A stretch of DNA of 64,000 bases from a virus. Of this stretch, positions 10,125-19,185 are shown one piece after another; the first letter of the stretch is position 1; every line of letters starts with the position of its first letter. The stretch is from positions 1-64,000 of the IMG/VR virus record IMGVR_UViG_3300021092_000026. The stretch is one strand, 5' to 3'. Both the position numbers and the translations under genes were made by a program. The notes beneath the pieces were generated by a model. That model made no database searches. It had not been told where the DNA came from and saw only the letters and a program-made list of their open reading frames with translations.

Positions 10125-10656
10125 AATCAGAATCTACTTTTGATAAAAGTTCATCCATATTAAAACCATTCCATTCTTCAACCGAACCATTCTCGTTGAT
10201 AAACTTCATTCTTAACGCAACTTTAAGGGCCTCTTTTTCAAATTGAGCCTGCTTTAACCATGCTTTCGCATTCTCCAGCATTTTCTTTTTTTCATACCTA
10301 TCATACTCCCCACTCATCCGTAATTTTGATTCCATACTTAATACACAATCAAAACACATCCCGTGAAAAGCACGCATTTTTTCATCTAACCTCTTTGGGT
10401 TTTTACAGTCGCAGGTTTCCTTCATACAATTAGGGAACTTTTTCAAATCCTGCCTAAGTTGATGAAGCTTACCGAGTTTTACTTTATACCCAGCTTTCTG
10501 CTCCCACATATCCCCATTTTCATCCTGCCATTGTTCACCGACTTCTCTACGAACATAGGTAGGAATTTCTTCAAAACCAACGGTTGTTCGTGTTTGCGTT
10601 TTATGTGTTCCCGCTAACATTTCAGTAACCGCTTTTGTATTTTTTAACTTACTCAT
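10054..10656 (-). CDS. Hypothetical protein with a Cys cluster
   Basis: REVGEQWQDENGDMWEQKAG; CMKETCDC...CFDC. Confidence 0.6.
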   Translation of the reverse strand: MSKLKNTKAVTEMLAGTHKTQTRTTVGFEEIPTYVRREVGEQWQDENGDMWEQKAGYKVKLGKLHQLRQDLKKFPNCMKETCDCKNPKRLDEKMRAFHGMCFDCVLSMESKLRMSGEYDRYEKKKMLENAKAWLKQAQFEKEALKVALRMKFINENGSVEEWNGFNMDELLSKVDSDFEKLREEYIEKLEQELEEETTTT

Positions 10657-10682
10657 AACTTATTTTAATATAAATATCTAAA

Positions 10683-11867
10683 TTAATAGAATAAACCCAA
10701 TATCTGATTTAAACTTGCGAAAGCACCAGTTAGTTTAAGCGTCCTACCCTTATACACAAAAACAACACCCTCATTCGGAACAATTTTATCAGGCCCGCCG
10801 ATTGCTGCCATTCTTTCAAGTTCTAATTGTAATTTCTTTATCTTTTTTTCATCCCCACCGGCTTTAACATCTTTAATGATTTGGTCTAATCTTTGCTTTA
10901 TACTTCGGGTTGCTTCATCCGGGTTTACTGTTAATACTGAACTCATCAACGATAACACTTCCGCACCAACACCTAAAAATATATCTTCAAATGGTCTAAT
11001 ATTATCTTTTGTTATTTTTTGATGGTCGTTTTTATCTACACCCACCGCCCAATCTAATACCTTTTGAGATTTAATGTTATTTGTACCCAATTTAAAACTT
11101 TTATCAAAAAATGCCCACCTTTTTACCAATCCATCCTTTGTTGATTTATCTAATTTTTCAGGTGAATTTTTATCTATGTAATCTCCCCACCAAGCCTGAT
11201 GATATTCTGCAGGCCCATCACTATCTTTTAAACCAAATTTAGATTGTAAGTTTTTTAACATCCCCAAATACTTTGGTTGTAATTTTTCTAAATTTACATC
11301 TTTTGGTAATTGTGTAATTGGTGGCCCTTGTATCTTATACTTTTCTTGTACATCCTGATTGATTTGTTTAATCATCCCCGCCAATATCTTTGCATCAGAT
11401 TGGTCGGCCCCAATCGCCACACCGGATTCATCGTATTCATTTGTATTATGAAATATTAAAAGAGCCTGTCCATAAGGTATTACATTTACCGATGTTGGAT
11501 AAATAACTTCTAAGTTCATAAACTTTTTACCTTGCGCAAATATCTTATCTCGTTGTGCTTTTGATAACCCCTTCACAGCCGTTTCTAAATCCCTCATAGC
11601 AAAGTTGTAAGCATCGGTTAGTCCACCCCTACCTCCGAACTTTGAAGCAACATCAGCGATTGACATTGCGTTTTCACCACTGTTAGCAAGGTGTCCCTTG
11701 TTCCTTGCAGCGATTAATCCCTTATCATCTCTCCAACTAATAGCGAGTGCCTGTCCATCTGTATTATGAATTAATATACCATTTGCATAATAACATGAAA
11801 AATTATCAACTTTTATGTCATATCTGGTCTGAACTTTGTTTATTGGTTTTATTGATTTAATTTTCAT
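10683..11867 (-). CDS. C-half of fractured gene: 35-aa split intein C-part plus 359-aa ligase-like nucleotidyltransferase C-extein
   Basis: MKIKSIK..YDIKV..YYANGILIHN|TDG; downstream ARN, NLE, EGVV and LKL ligase-like motifs. Confidence 0.9.
   Translation of the reverse strand: MKIKSIKPINKVQTRYDIKVDNFSCYYANGILIHNTDGQALAISWRDDKGLIAARNKGHLANSGENAMSIADVASKFGGRGGLTDAYNFAMRDLETAVKGLSKAQRDKIFAQGKKFMNLEVIYPTSVNVIPYGQALLIFHNTNEYDESGVAIGADQSDAKILAGMIKQINQDVQEKYKIQGPPITQLPKDVNLEKLQPKYLGMLKNLQSKFGLKDSDGPAEYHQAWWGDYIDKNSPEKLDKSTKDGLVKRWAFFDKSFKLGTNNIKSQKVLDWAVGVDKNDHQKITKDNIRPFEDIFLGVGAEVLSLMSSVLTVNPDEATRSIKQRLDQIIKDVKAGGDEKKIKKLQLELERMAAIGGPDKIVPNEGVVFVYKGRTLKLTGAFASLNQILGLFY
11763..11867 (-). mobile_element. 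Split intein C-terminal part (IntC), ends His-Asn, Thr+1
   Basis: Blocks F/G: YDIKV...ANGILIHN/T. Confidence 0.9.
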
Positions 11868-12591
11868 ATCTAATCCTTATAAATTTACAGCCCAATAACT
11901 TTTCTATTTTTTCCTGTCGTATTACATCTCTTTTTCGAAGTGAACCATCTTTATTAAAATGATGCGATTCATCTATTTCAATTACAGCGTTTTTTTCTTT
12001 ATCATACCCATCCAAATAATAACCAAGCCCTTCAACATAATACTCACCACCATTTTCCGCGTGTTGGAAGTTATATCCATATTGCTTACCATACTCTTCT
12101 ATAATTGGTATAGCATTTACATTGTAATTTGGAAATAAAGACTTAAATGCTCCAGAAAATCGTATTTTTTCTTTAACTTTTGGGTGCTGAAAAATGTTAT
12201 CAACTCCATATTTTTCTTTAACAGTTTTATTTCTTTTGTGAAATATTACTGTCCCTTTAGATAATGGGTTTATTGCACCATATTTTTTCAAATTAGTTTT
12301 TTCAATTCTATCTCTATACCCATCCATATAATGAGATTGTTTTACATTTCTAACAGGTATATTTAATCGTCTAAGTTGTTTGTTCACTATTGTAGATGAA
12401 CTCCACCCATTTTCATTAGCAATTTGTAGCGCAGATTTACCATTTATTATATATTCAGTATATAACATATCATAATTAAATAACCCATCACGCCATTCTT
12501 TAAATTTACCACAATTTCTTATATGACCATTTATACTCAAACTACTTTTAATTTGAAGTTTATTACCACAATATTTACAAGCTTCTTCCAT
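11857..12591 (-). CDS. Free-standing putative homing endonuclease (Vsr/DUF559-like C-terminal domain)
   Basis: CxxC..HxxxC, HTH-like segment, KYG repeats, YLDGYD...IEIDESHH..RQxKI..IRI; sits between the intein halves. Confidence 0.8.
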   Translation of the reverse strand: MEEACKYCGNKLQIKSSLSINGHIRNCGKFKEWRDGLFNYDMLYTEYIINGKSALQIANENGWSSSTIVNKQLRRLNIPVRNVKQSHYMDGYRDRIEKTNLKKYGAINPLSKGTVIFHKRNKTVKEKYGVDNIFQHPKVKEKIRFSGAFKSLFPNYNVNAIPIIEEYGKQYGYNFQHAENGGEYYVEGLGYYLDGYDKEKNAVIEIDESHHFNKDGSLRKRDVIRQEKIEKLLGCKFIRIRYEN

Positions 12592-12654
12592 AGTATGTAT
12601 TATTTTATATAAATATGTGATTTGTGAAAAAACCGATGGTTGTTGTGTGTATTT

Positions 12655-14229
12655 TTACAATGTTTTCAATTCCATATCTTCGGTCAAATCTTTGGCCTGA
12701 ACATACCCTATACCCTCTACATACATTCTATGATTTGGCGTTACTTGAATGGTTTTACCATCTTCCAGTTCTATTTCTAACCACTCATCAGTATCATCAT
12801 TATTAAAAGATGCCATAATACCCATAAATTCATTATTACCAGTTACTTCATTAAATGATAATACCAAATCGGTAAGTTTATTATCCACAAACTCCGATAT
12901 AGGTATGTTTCCATTATTTTTAGTTTCAATAATACTATCACCCGCTATACACTTTTCTGTTGTTAATTTCAAATCACCTTTTAGGGCTTTTGTTATTATA
13001 TTTTTTAAATCACCAAAAGTTAAACCCAATTCCATATCAAATGGGTGATTCATGTGTCCGTATGCGCCACCCTCTAACAAAAACTTAGAAAACTTTCTGC
13101 CAATTTTTTCTAATAATCTAAATTGTCTATCGTTAATTCTCTTTACTTTAGTATTGGTAGACCATTCAACAATTTCGTGTCCTAATCTTGCATAAGCTTC
13201 TTGTAACTCTTCATCCTTTACTCCTGTAATATCTACTGTATTATTAAGTGGTGCATCCGGTGGTGCTGCATCCAATGGTGATGTTGCTGTATCAGCCGTT
13301 ACAAAATCTTCGGTTTCAGGAATATCTAAAAGGTCATCCATTGTAAATACTTTTCTAGTACTACTATATTGGTAAAAATCCCCAGTACCTTTTGCGGATT
13401 TTTTGACCATTACATCTGCTTTTGGAAAATCTAATTGTACATATCCACCATTAACAAACCAATAATCGTTTTTTTGTGCTTGCTTACTTAATCCCAAAAC
13501 CCTTCGTTTATTAGGAACTACATACATTGCGTCAGGTTCACCTGCATCTCCCCCATATCCACCACTTAGTGTTGACTCAGTTAATGCTTTTATATTAAAT
13601 GTCTTAAAGAAAGATTCCATTATGGATTCTACTGCTATCAACTTTTTTGTTATTAAGTTGTATATTTTGGGATTAAATTTTGGATAAGCTTTTTTAAATC
13701 CTGCTTTTCTTTTTGATTCATCTCCCGCTGATAACCACTTTCTTACATCCGTTCCACTTATTGAGTTTGCCTGCATTGGTGATGCGTAAACATAACCATT
13801 TTCTTCATACCCACTAGCAGGTTTGAATCCGTCTCCACTATGAAACTTTTTGAAATATTTACCACCCAATCGTTGTACATCCTTTTCTCCTACCACAGTT
13901 ACAAACGCTGTTGTTTTGGGTGAAAATCCACTTAATACTTCGGTTGGGTTATATGGGTTTTTTACTTGAACTACTTTATTTGAAGGGATATCAAACATTG
14001 TAGTCATTATTTTTTTCTTCTCCAAAAAGTTAAATGGGTCTTTCGGTCCACCACTTTTATTGGATGTTCCAATCCAAACCTTATCTTTACCAAACTTTTG
14101 AACTAAATGTGAGTATGTTCCATAGTGTCCTTTATGAAAAGGTTGAAACCTTCCTGCATATACAACCACTATATCTTTTATTTCTTCGGTTAATATTTCT
14201 TTAACCCACTCTTTTATTAAATTTCCCAT
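12655..14229 (-). CDS. N-half of fractured gene: HIGH-motif cytidyltransferase-like domain, start of ligase-like domain, and 98-aa split intein N-part
   Basis: GRFQPFHKGH and ISGTDVR; GGAYGHMNHPFD..TTEK|CIAGDS..VTPNHRMY..AKDL. Confidence 0.9.
   Translation of the reverse strand: MGNLIKEWVKEILTEEIKDIVVVYAGRFQPFHKGHYGTYSHLVQKFGKDKVWIGTSNKSGGPKDPFNFLEKKKIMTTMFDIPSNKVVQVKNPYNPTEVLSGFSPKTTAFVTVVGEKDVQRLGGKYFKKFHSGDGFKPASGYEENGYVYASPMQANSISGTDVRKWLSAGDESKRKAGFKKAYPKFNPKIYNLITKKLIAVESIMESFFKTFNIKALTESTLSGGYGGDAGEPDAMYVVPNKRRVLGLSKQAQKNDYWFVNGGYVQLDFPKADVMVKKSAKGTGDFYQYSSTRKVFTMDDLLDIPETEDFVTADTATSPLDAAPPDAPLNNTVDITGVKDEELQEAYARLGHEIVEWSTNTKVKRINDRQFRLLEKIGRKFSKFLLEGGAYGHMNHPFDMELGLTFGDLKNIITKALKGDLKLTTEKCIAGDSIIETKNNGNIPISEFVDNKLTDLVLSFNEVTGNNEFMGIMASFNNDDTDEWLEIELEDGKTIQVTPNHRMYVEGIGYVQAKDLTEDMELKTL
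12658..12951 (-). mobile_element. Split intein N-terminal part (IntN)
   Basis: Block A CIAGDS (Cys1 codon 12951-12949); block B TPNH; acidic C-terminal half. Confidence 0.9.
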
Positions 14230-14262
14230 ATAAATAAATATAAAATTTATTTTAGTTTATTA

Positions 14263-16029
14263 TTATCCAGAATATGATGATGAATAGTATGGTAAAAATA
14301 TTATATAATCAGTGTCAACACCTTCATTACTGTGCAATTTAATTTTTAAATATCCATCCGGGTCTGCTAAGAGTGATATAGTTCCCGGTGATGAGTTTCT
14401 TATCAAAGAAATATTCTCACCCGATAGCCAATCAATTTTTTCGCCTTCACTCAACAGAGTGTTGCTTGGTTCGGTTGTATTATTCCACTCACCTTGAATA
14501 TTTAATCCTAATCTATTATCGCCAGTATCTTTAATTACATTTGTAATAGTAGATAATGAAGAACTTACATTATTAATTTGAGTGGATAATGATGAACTAG
14601 CTTCAGTTAATGTTGTGATAGATGAACTTACATTATTAATTTGAGTGGATAATGATGAACTAGCTACAGTTAATGTTGTGATAGATGAACTTACATTATT
14701 AATTTGAGTGGATAATGATTGACTTAATTCCGTTATATCACCCCCACCACCAGAGCCACTTGCTTGACTATCATATCCTTTAAAATAATAATTGGTTAAT
14801 ATCGATTCATAATTTGCAAAATCGTTTTGTGAATTTAAATATTCAATTTTTATATCATTTGCCACATTTTTATTGGTTGGATTATATAAAAATGTATGAG
14901 TTGATTGAGTTACATTAGTTTGAGTATCAGAGTATATGTCTGTTGATGAGCCTGTAATAATATCATACAATAGTTTTGTTCCTATTAACTGATATTCTGT
15001 TAATGTTCCTCCCGTTGCTCTTGATCTGATATACACATTTATTTTATCAACATTACCTAGAATTGGATTCACATCTTTTATTGTTATATGAGCTAATGAT
15101 TGTGAAAATATGGTAGTAGAACCTGTACTAATTGTTTCCACCACAAAACTCCCGGTAGAAAATAATGTAAAAGTTTTTAGTAGTGATGCTGTTTTAGTAC
15201 TTACAGATGCGGTTAGTGGATTAGAAACTCTAACTTTTCTACTGGTAATAAATGATTGTAATGATGCGGTATAATTTTGTGGCTTTAACATTCCTGCACT
15301 AAGTTCTGCGGATGTAATTTGTGGGGATAATGTGGTATTTTGTAAGTTAATTTTTATTTTACCACCAATCGAATTTGGATTTAATTGATAATTTGGTGTT
15401 TCTAAAAACACATTTTGCCCACCAAAATCCGATGTATAAATTATATTTTGATTTACAGTTTGATTTACTATTTGTGGTTGATTCAAACTTTGGGTTGGTA
15501 TTTCTCTATAAAATGAAAATGATTCTGATACGGATATTATTGGTACTGAATTTTGGTTTGTAAACACTATTGGAGATTCAGATCTACTATCTCTACTTAT
15601 AGAAATTTTTCTTTTCCACCTAACATTAATAACATCTCTAAATTCTTCAGGTATTATCTCACCATCTTCGGTTCTTTCTGCTATACCACATATTATCATT
15701 TCACCAATACCATTTGGGGTATTGTATATATCATCCCGTTCACCATAAACCCACACCGAAATATAGCGTGATAAATCACCTGGTTCGTAATCAGGTATTT
15801 CATAGTAAACCGAATTAAGATTTACATCTAATATTTCAATATATAATTGAGAATTGGGTTTTAGTATATCCTCATTTGGTTTTATCCTAACACCATTTTT
15901 ACCCCTACCAAAAAAAGAAGGAAACTCTTTTATACCAAAGTATGCTTCTGATGTTAATGAAGTATCTTCAATATAAACCGGTATTAAATCTAAATTTTCG
16001 TTAAACCTTCTTTTAAATTCCAATGACAT
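14263..16029 (-). CDS. Putative virion structural protein with a coiled-coil repeat
   Basis: Ser/Thr-rich beta segments; 21-aa repeat SSSLSTQINNVSSSITTLT. Confidence 0.55.
   Translation of the reverse strand: MSLEFKRRFNENLDLIPVYIEDTSLTSEAYFGIKEFPSFFGRGKNGVRIKPNEDILKPNSQLYIEILDVNLNSVYYEIPDYEPGDLSRYISVWVYGERDDIYNTPNGIGEMIICGIAERTEDGEIIPEEFRDVINVRWKRKISISRDSRSESPIVFTNQNSVPIISVSESFSFYREIPTQSLNQPQIVNQTVNQNIIYTSDFGGQNVFLETPNYQLNPNSIGGKIKINLQNTTLSPQITSAELSAGMLKPQNYTASLQSFITSRKVRVSNPLTASVSTKTASLLKTFTLFSTGSFVVETISTGSTTIFSQSLAHITIKDVNPILGNVDKINVYIRSRATGGTLTEYQLIGTKLLYDIITGSSTDIYSDTQTNVTQSTHTFLYNPTNKNVANDIKIEYLNSQNDFANYESILTNYYFKGYDSQASGSGGGGDITELSQSLSTQINNVSSSITTLTVASSSLSTQINNVSSSITTLTEASSSLSTQINNVSSSLSTITNVIKDTGDNRLGLNIQGEWNNTTEPSNTLLSEGEKIDWLSGENISLIRNSSPGTISLLADPDGYLKIKLHSNEGVDTDYIIFLPYYSSSYSG
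14561..14719. repeat. 63-bp in-frame tandem repeat (about 2.5 copies)
   Basis: gaacttacattattaatttgagtggataatgat starts at 14561, 14624 and 14687. Confidence 0.9.
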
Positions 16030-16044
16030 TTATTTCCCCTATAA

Positions 16045-19000
16045 TTATAAGTATTTTATTGAAGAAAAAGAATTTATTTTATTTATATCAATTATTTGGT
16101 CTACCATATCCCTCGTTTTATCTATATGGGATATTGTAATAATAAAATCAAATTGAGTTTTTAAATAATCAAATAATAAATACAAAGAATTAAAATTATC
16201 AGTATCCAACGAACCAAACCCCTCATCAATAGCAATAAAATTGGGACGTGGTAAGTTAGATACACTTATCAATGCGGTCCTGATTGCTATTGAACTCACA
16301 AACTTTTCCATACCACTTGTCAACTCTAATGGCCAGTATCTATCATCACCATAACAAATATATGAATTTATGTTTTTACCATCCGTATTTAATATGATTT
16401 GAAAATCCACTATAGGTTGAAGAATGTTGTTGATTTCAATTTCTAACTTTGGTAATATTTCTGATATTAATCCATATGGAATACCATCTCGCTTAACTGC
16501 TGATAAGTAATATTCATATCCATTGTATTTTAATTCCATTTGATTTAACTTTTCAATGGACTCATTTACAGATTCAATTGTATTTTTTTGAACACGTAAC
16601 TCACCCAACAAATCTATTAAATCGGTTGTAACCCTATTTAATTCAGATTGAGTTTCTACTCTTTTATTTTTCAAAATACTAATTTCATCGTTAAGTTTAA
16701 TATTGAATTCAACCGATTTTTCTTGCTTTTTGGCTTTTTCAATATCGGATGATATTTTTTCATATTGGACTTCGTATTGAGTATAATCAGATTTAGCATC
16801 ATTTAATTCCGATAAAAGATTATAATATTTACGGTTTGTTTCTTGCTCCTTTTCTTTGACCTGATTCACCTTTTCTAAATCTGCTTTTACATCACACGCC
16901 CTCTGCCTTACAACCTTTTCAGATAATTCCGTTTCTAATTCAGTTATCTTTTTAGTAAGAGATAGTATTTTGTTTTCTAACTCCAAACTCTGTTTTGCAA
17001 ATGGAGTGTTTTTGTTTTTAACACAGTGTTCACAATTATCATCGTATGTAAAAGAACCAATACCCTCCAAGTGTTTTTTAGTATGAGATAAATCAATCTG
17101 ATACTTTGATATGGTTTGCTTTACCAATGTTATATCCCTATCTAATACACGCCACTCATTATCTTTTAGTTTTAATTCATCCAAATTGTATTCTTTGTAG
17201 AACTCACCAATTCTTTCAAGCTTTTCTTCTAATGGTTTTACCTGATATTGTAACTCCCTTATATTGGATGATATTACTCCTGTTGAATTTCTACAATCTT
17301 TTAATTGGGTATTTAATACTTCCAAATTTAAAGTTTTATCCACAACAATTAACTTTGCAGATTTATCTTCAATTTGCTGGTTTATAACCCCAAGCCCATT
17401 TTCAAGATTTACTTTTTCAGTTTCTAAATTTGAAATAGAACCTGTTATGGATTGGACTACCATTTCAGCTTTTGCTAACTTTGTTGGAAAATCTTGTCCC
17501 TTATAATCTTTTAATAAGGTTGATAATTCTTTTATTTCTTCACTTGCTACTGAATACAATTGTTCAAAAACATCCATATCCAAAAATTGAGCAAGTAATT
17601 CTTTTCTTTCTTTTTGCGATTTATCAATAAACCCACTATTGTTAAATTGAGTTGATAATGCCGTCAATATAAAATCATCGTATGTTCCTACATACTGTCT
17701 AATGACTGAATTTGTATCCCGCCTTTCATCCCCATTCAAACTTTCAATATCCCCCAAATCATTGAATGTGTAAAATTGAGTATCAACCTTTACAGTTCCT
17801 TTTTTTGTAGATTTATTTGCAGTTCTTTCAATTACATAATCCCTACCATTTAATTCAAAAATAAATTTACAATAAAAATTCTTTTTAGAATAATTCATCA
17901 CATCAACTGCTTTTGATGTTCGGGAACACTTATCAAAAATACAAAATGATAAAGCATCCCATAAAGAAGATTTACCACTTGCGTTAGGCGCAAATACACC
18001 ATACGCCCCCTTCATATTCTGAAAGTTTATATGGTTATTCTCACCATAAGAAAACATATTGGAAAACTCAAAACTTTTTGGTATCCAAACGGAACTTCTA
18101 ATTGCATATGGATTTACAATCTTTGAGTTTATATCGGCGTTTATACCCTTAACAACTTCTAATAATTCTGAATCAATTCCAAATTTTTGGCTTAAATAAT
18201 CCTCTAATAGTTTATTTTGAAAACCAACATCTCTTACATTTTGTAGAGTTACATGTTCACGCTTCCCAACCTGATTAGTGGATAAAACTTTTTGAATACT
18301 CAGCTCTTCTATATCATATTTCTTTTTCAAAGAAGATATAACCTTATTTAGTTGGGATGTGGTTGTATCTTTAACCCTCAATCGTAATCTTGGTTTTGGG
18401 CAAATATAATTGCTTGATACAATTTTACCATCCTCAATATCAATTGTTCCATACCCATACTCATTCTCAATATGAACGAATGTAGAGGACTTTGTGGGTA
18501 AATCCCATACCAATATCCCATGTTCAGGATAAATTGATTCTGAATGGTTCTGTGTAATCAGGGAGCCTGGATACTTTATCGTATCTACACCTGATACTGA
18601 ATTATTGGGGACATGAATATCCCCTAATAAAGTAATATCATATCCTCTAAAAGAATCTACTGTAACTTTTTTATTATCAATCTTAAATCCATGTTCGGTT
18701 TGTATCCCATCAACGGGTCCGTGATAAAGAGCAATCTTAAAATCTCCATTAACATCTGAACTATTTGTAAAACCATCTGATGAATCAAACACCGATTTAT
18801 GTGCAAATGTAATACCACCAAATTCAAAGGTTGTAGTGTTTTTATAATAAAATAAGTTTGGATGATTTAACGCATCAACAATTGGTGATAACGCATCTAA
18901 TCGAGAAGGATTATTTAGGTTTGCATCGTGATTACCGGGGATTAAAATAGTAGGCATAATATCCGATAAACTTCTTAAAAAGTTTTGAGTCATATGAACC

Positions 19001-19185
19001 ACTTCAGGTGTCATATCGGTTTTAGCATGAACAATATCCCCAGCCAATACAATAGCTGAATCATTAGTAACAACCGATTTTAGGTAATCATATAAACGAT
19101 TAAAGACTAACGAATATTCTTTGTGTCTCTTTAAGTTTCGTATATGAACATCGGCAATATGATAAATCTTATTTAACTTTTTCAT
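16045..19185 (-). CDS. Fused Mre11/SbcD nuclease - Rad50/SbcC ATPase (gp47-gp46-like)
   Basis: DVH, GD, GNHD and GDIH metallophosphoesterase motifs; NASGKSS; CEHC hook; SGME signature; IDEGFGSLD; ISH. Confidence 0.92.
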   Translation of the reverse strand: MKKLNKIYHIADVHIRNLKRHKEYSLVFNRLYDYLKSVVTNDSAIVLAGDIVHAKTDMTPEVVHMTQNFLRSLSDIMPTILIPGNHDANLNNPSRLDALSPIVDALNHPNLFYYKNTTTFEFGGITFAHKSVFDSSDGFTNSSDVNGDFKIALYHGPVDGIQTEHGFKIDNKKVTVDSFRGYDITLLGDIHVPNNSVSGVDTIKYPGSLITQNHSESIYPEHGILVWDLPTKSSTFVHIENEYGYGTIDIEDGKIVSSNYICPKPRLRLRVKDTTTSQLNKVISSLKKKYDIEELSIQKVLSTNQVGKREHVTLQNVRDVGFQNKLLEDYLSQKFGIDSELLEVVKGINADINSKIVNPYAIRSSVWIPKSFEFSNMFSYGENNHINFQNMKGAYGVFAPNASGKSSLWDALSFCIFDKCSRTSKAVDVMNYSKKNFYCKFIFELNGRDYVIERTANKSTKKGTVKVDTQFYTFNDLGDIESLNGDERRDTNSVIRQYVGTYDDFILTALSTQFNNSGFIDKSQKERKELLAQFLDMDVFEQLYSVASEEIKELSTLLKDYKGQDFPTKLAKAEMVVQSITGSISNLETEKVNLENGLGVINQQIEDKSAKLIVVDKTLNLEVLNTQLKDCRNSTGVISSNIRELQYQVKPLEEKLERIGEFYKEYNLDELKLKDNEWRVLDRDITLVKQTISKYQIDLSHTKKHLEGIGSFTYDDNCEHCVKNKNTPFAKQSLELENKILSLTKKITELETELSEKVVRQRACDVKADLEKVNQVKEKEQETNRKYYNLLSELNDAKSDYTQYEVQYEKISSDIEKAKKQEKSVEFNIKLNDEISILKNKRVETQSELNRVTTDLIDLLGELRVQKNTIESVNESIEKLNQMELKYNGYEYYLSAVKRDGIPYGLISEILPKLEIEINNILQPIVDFQIILNTDGKNINSYICYGDDRYWPLELTSGMEKFVSSIAIRTALISVSNLPRPNFIAIDEGFGSLDTDNFNSLYLLFDYLKTQFDFIITISHIDKTRDMVDQIIDINKINSFSSIKYL

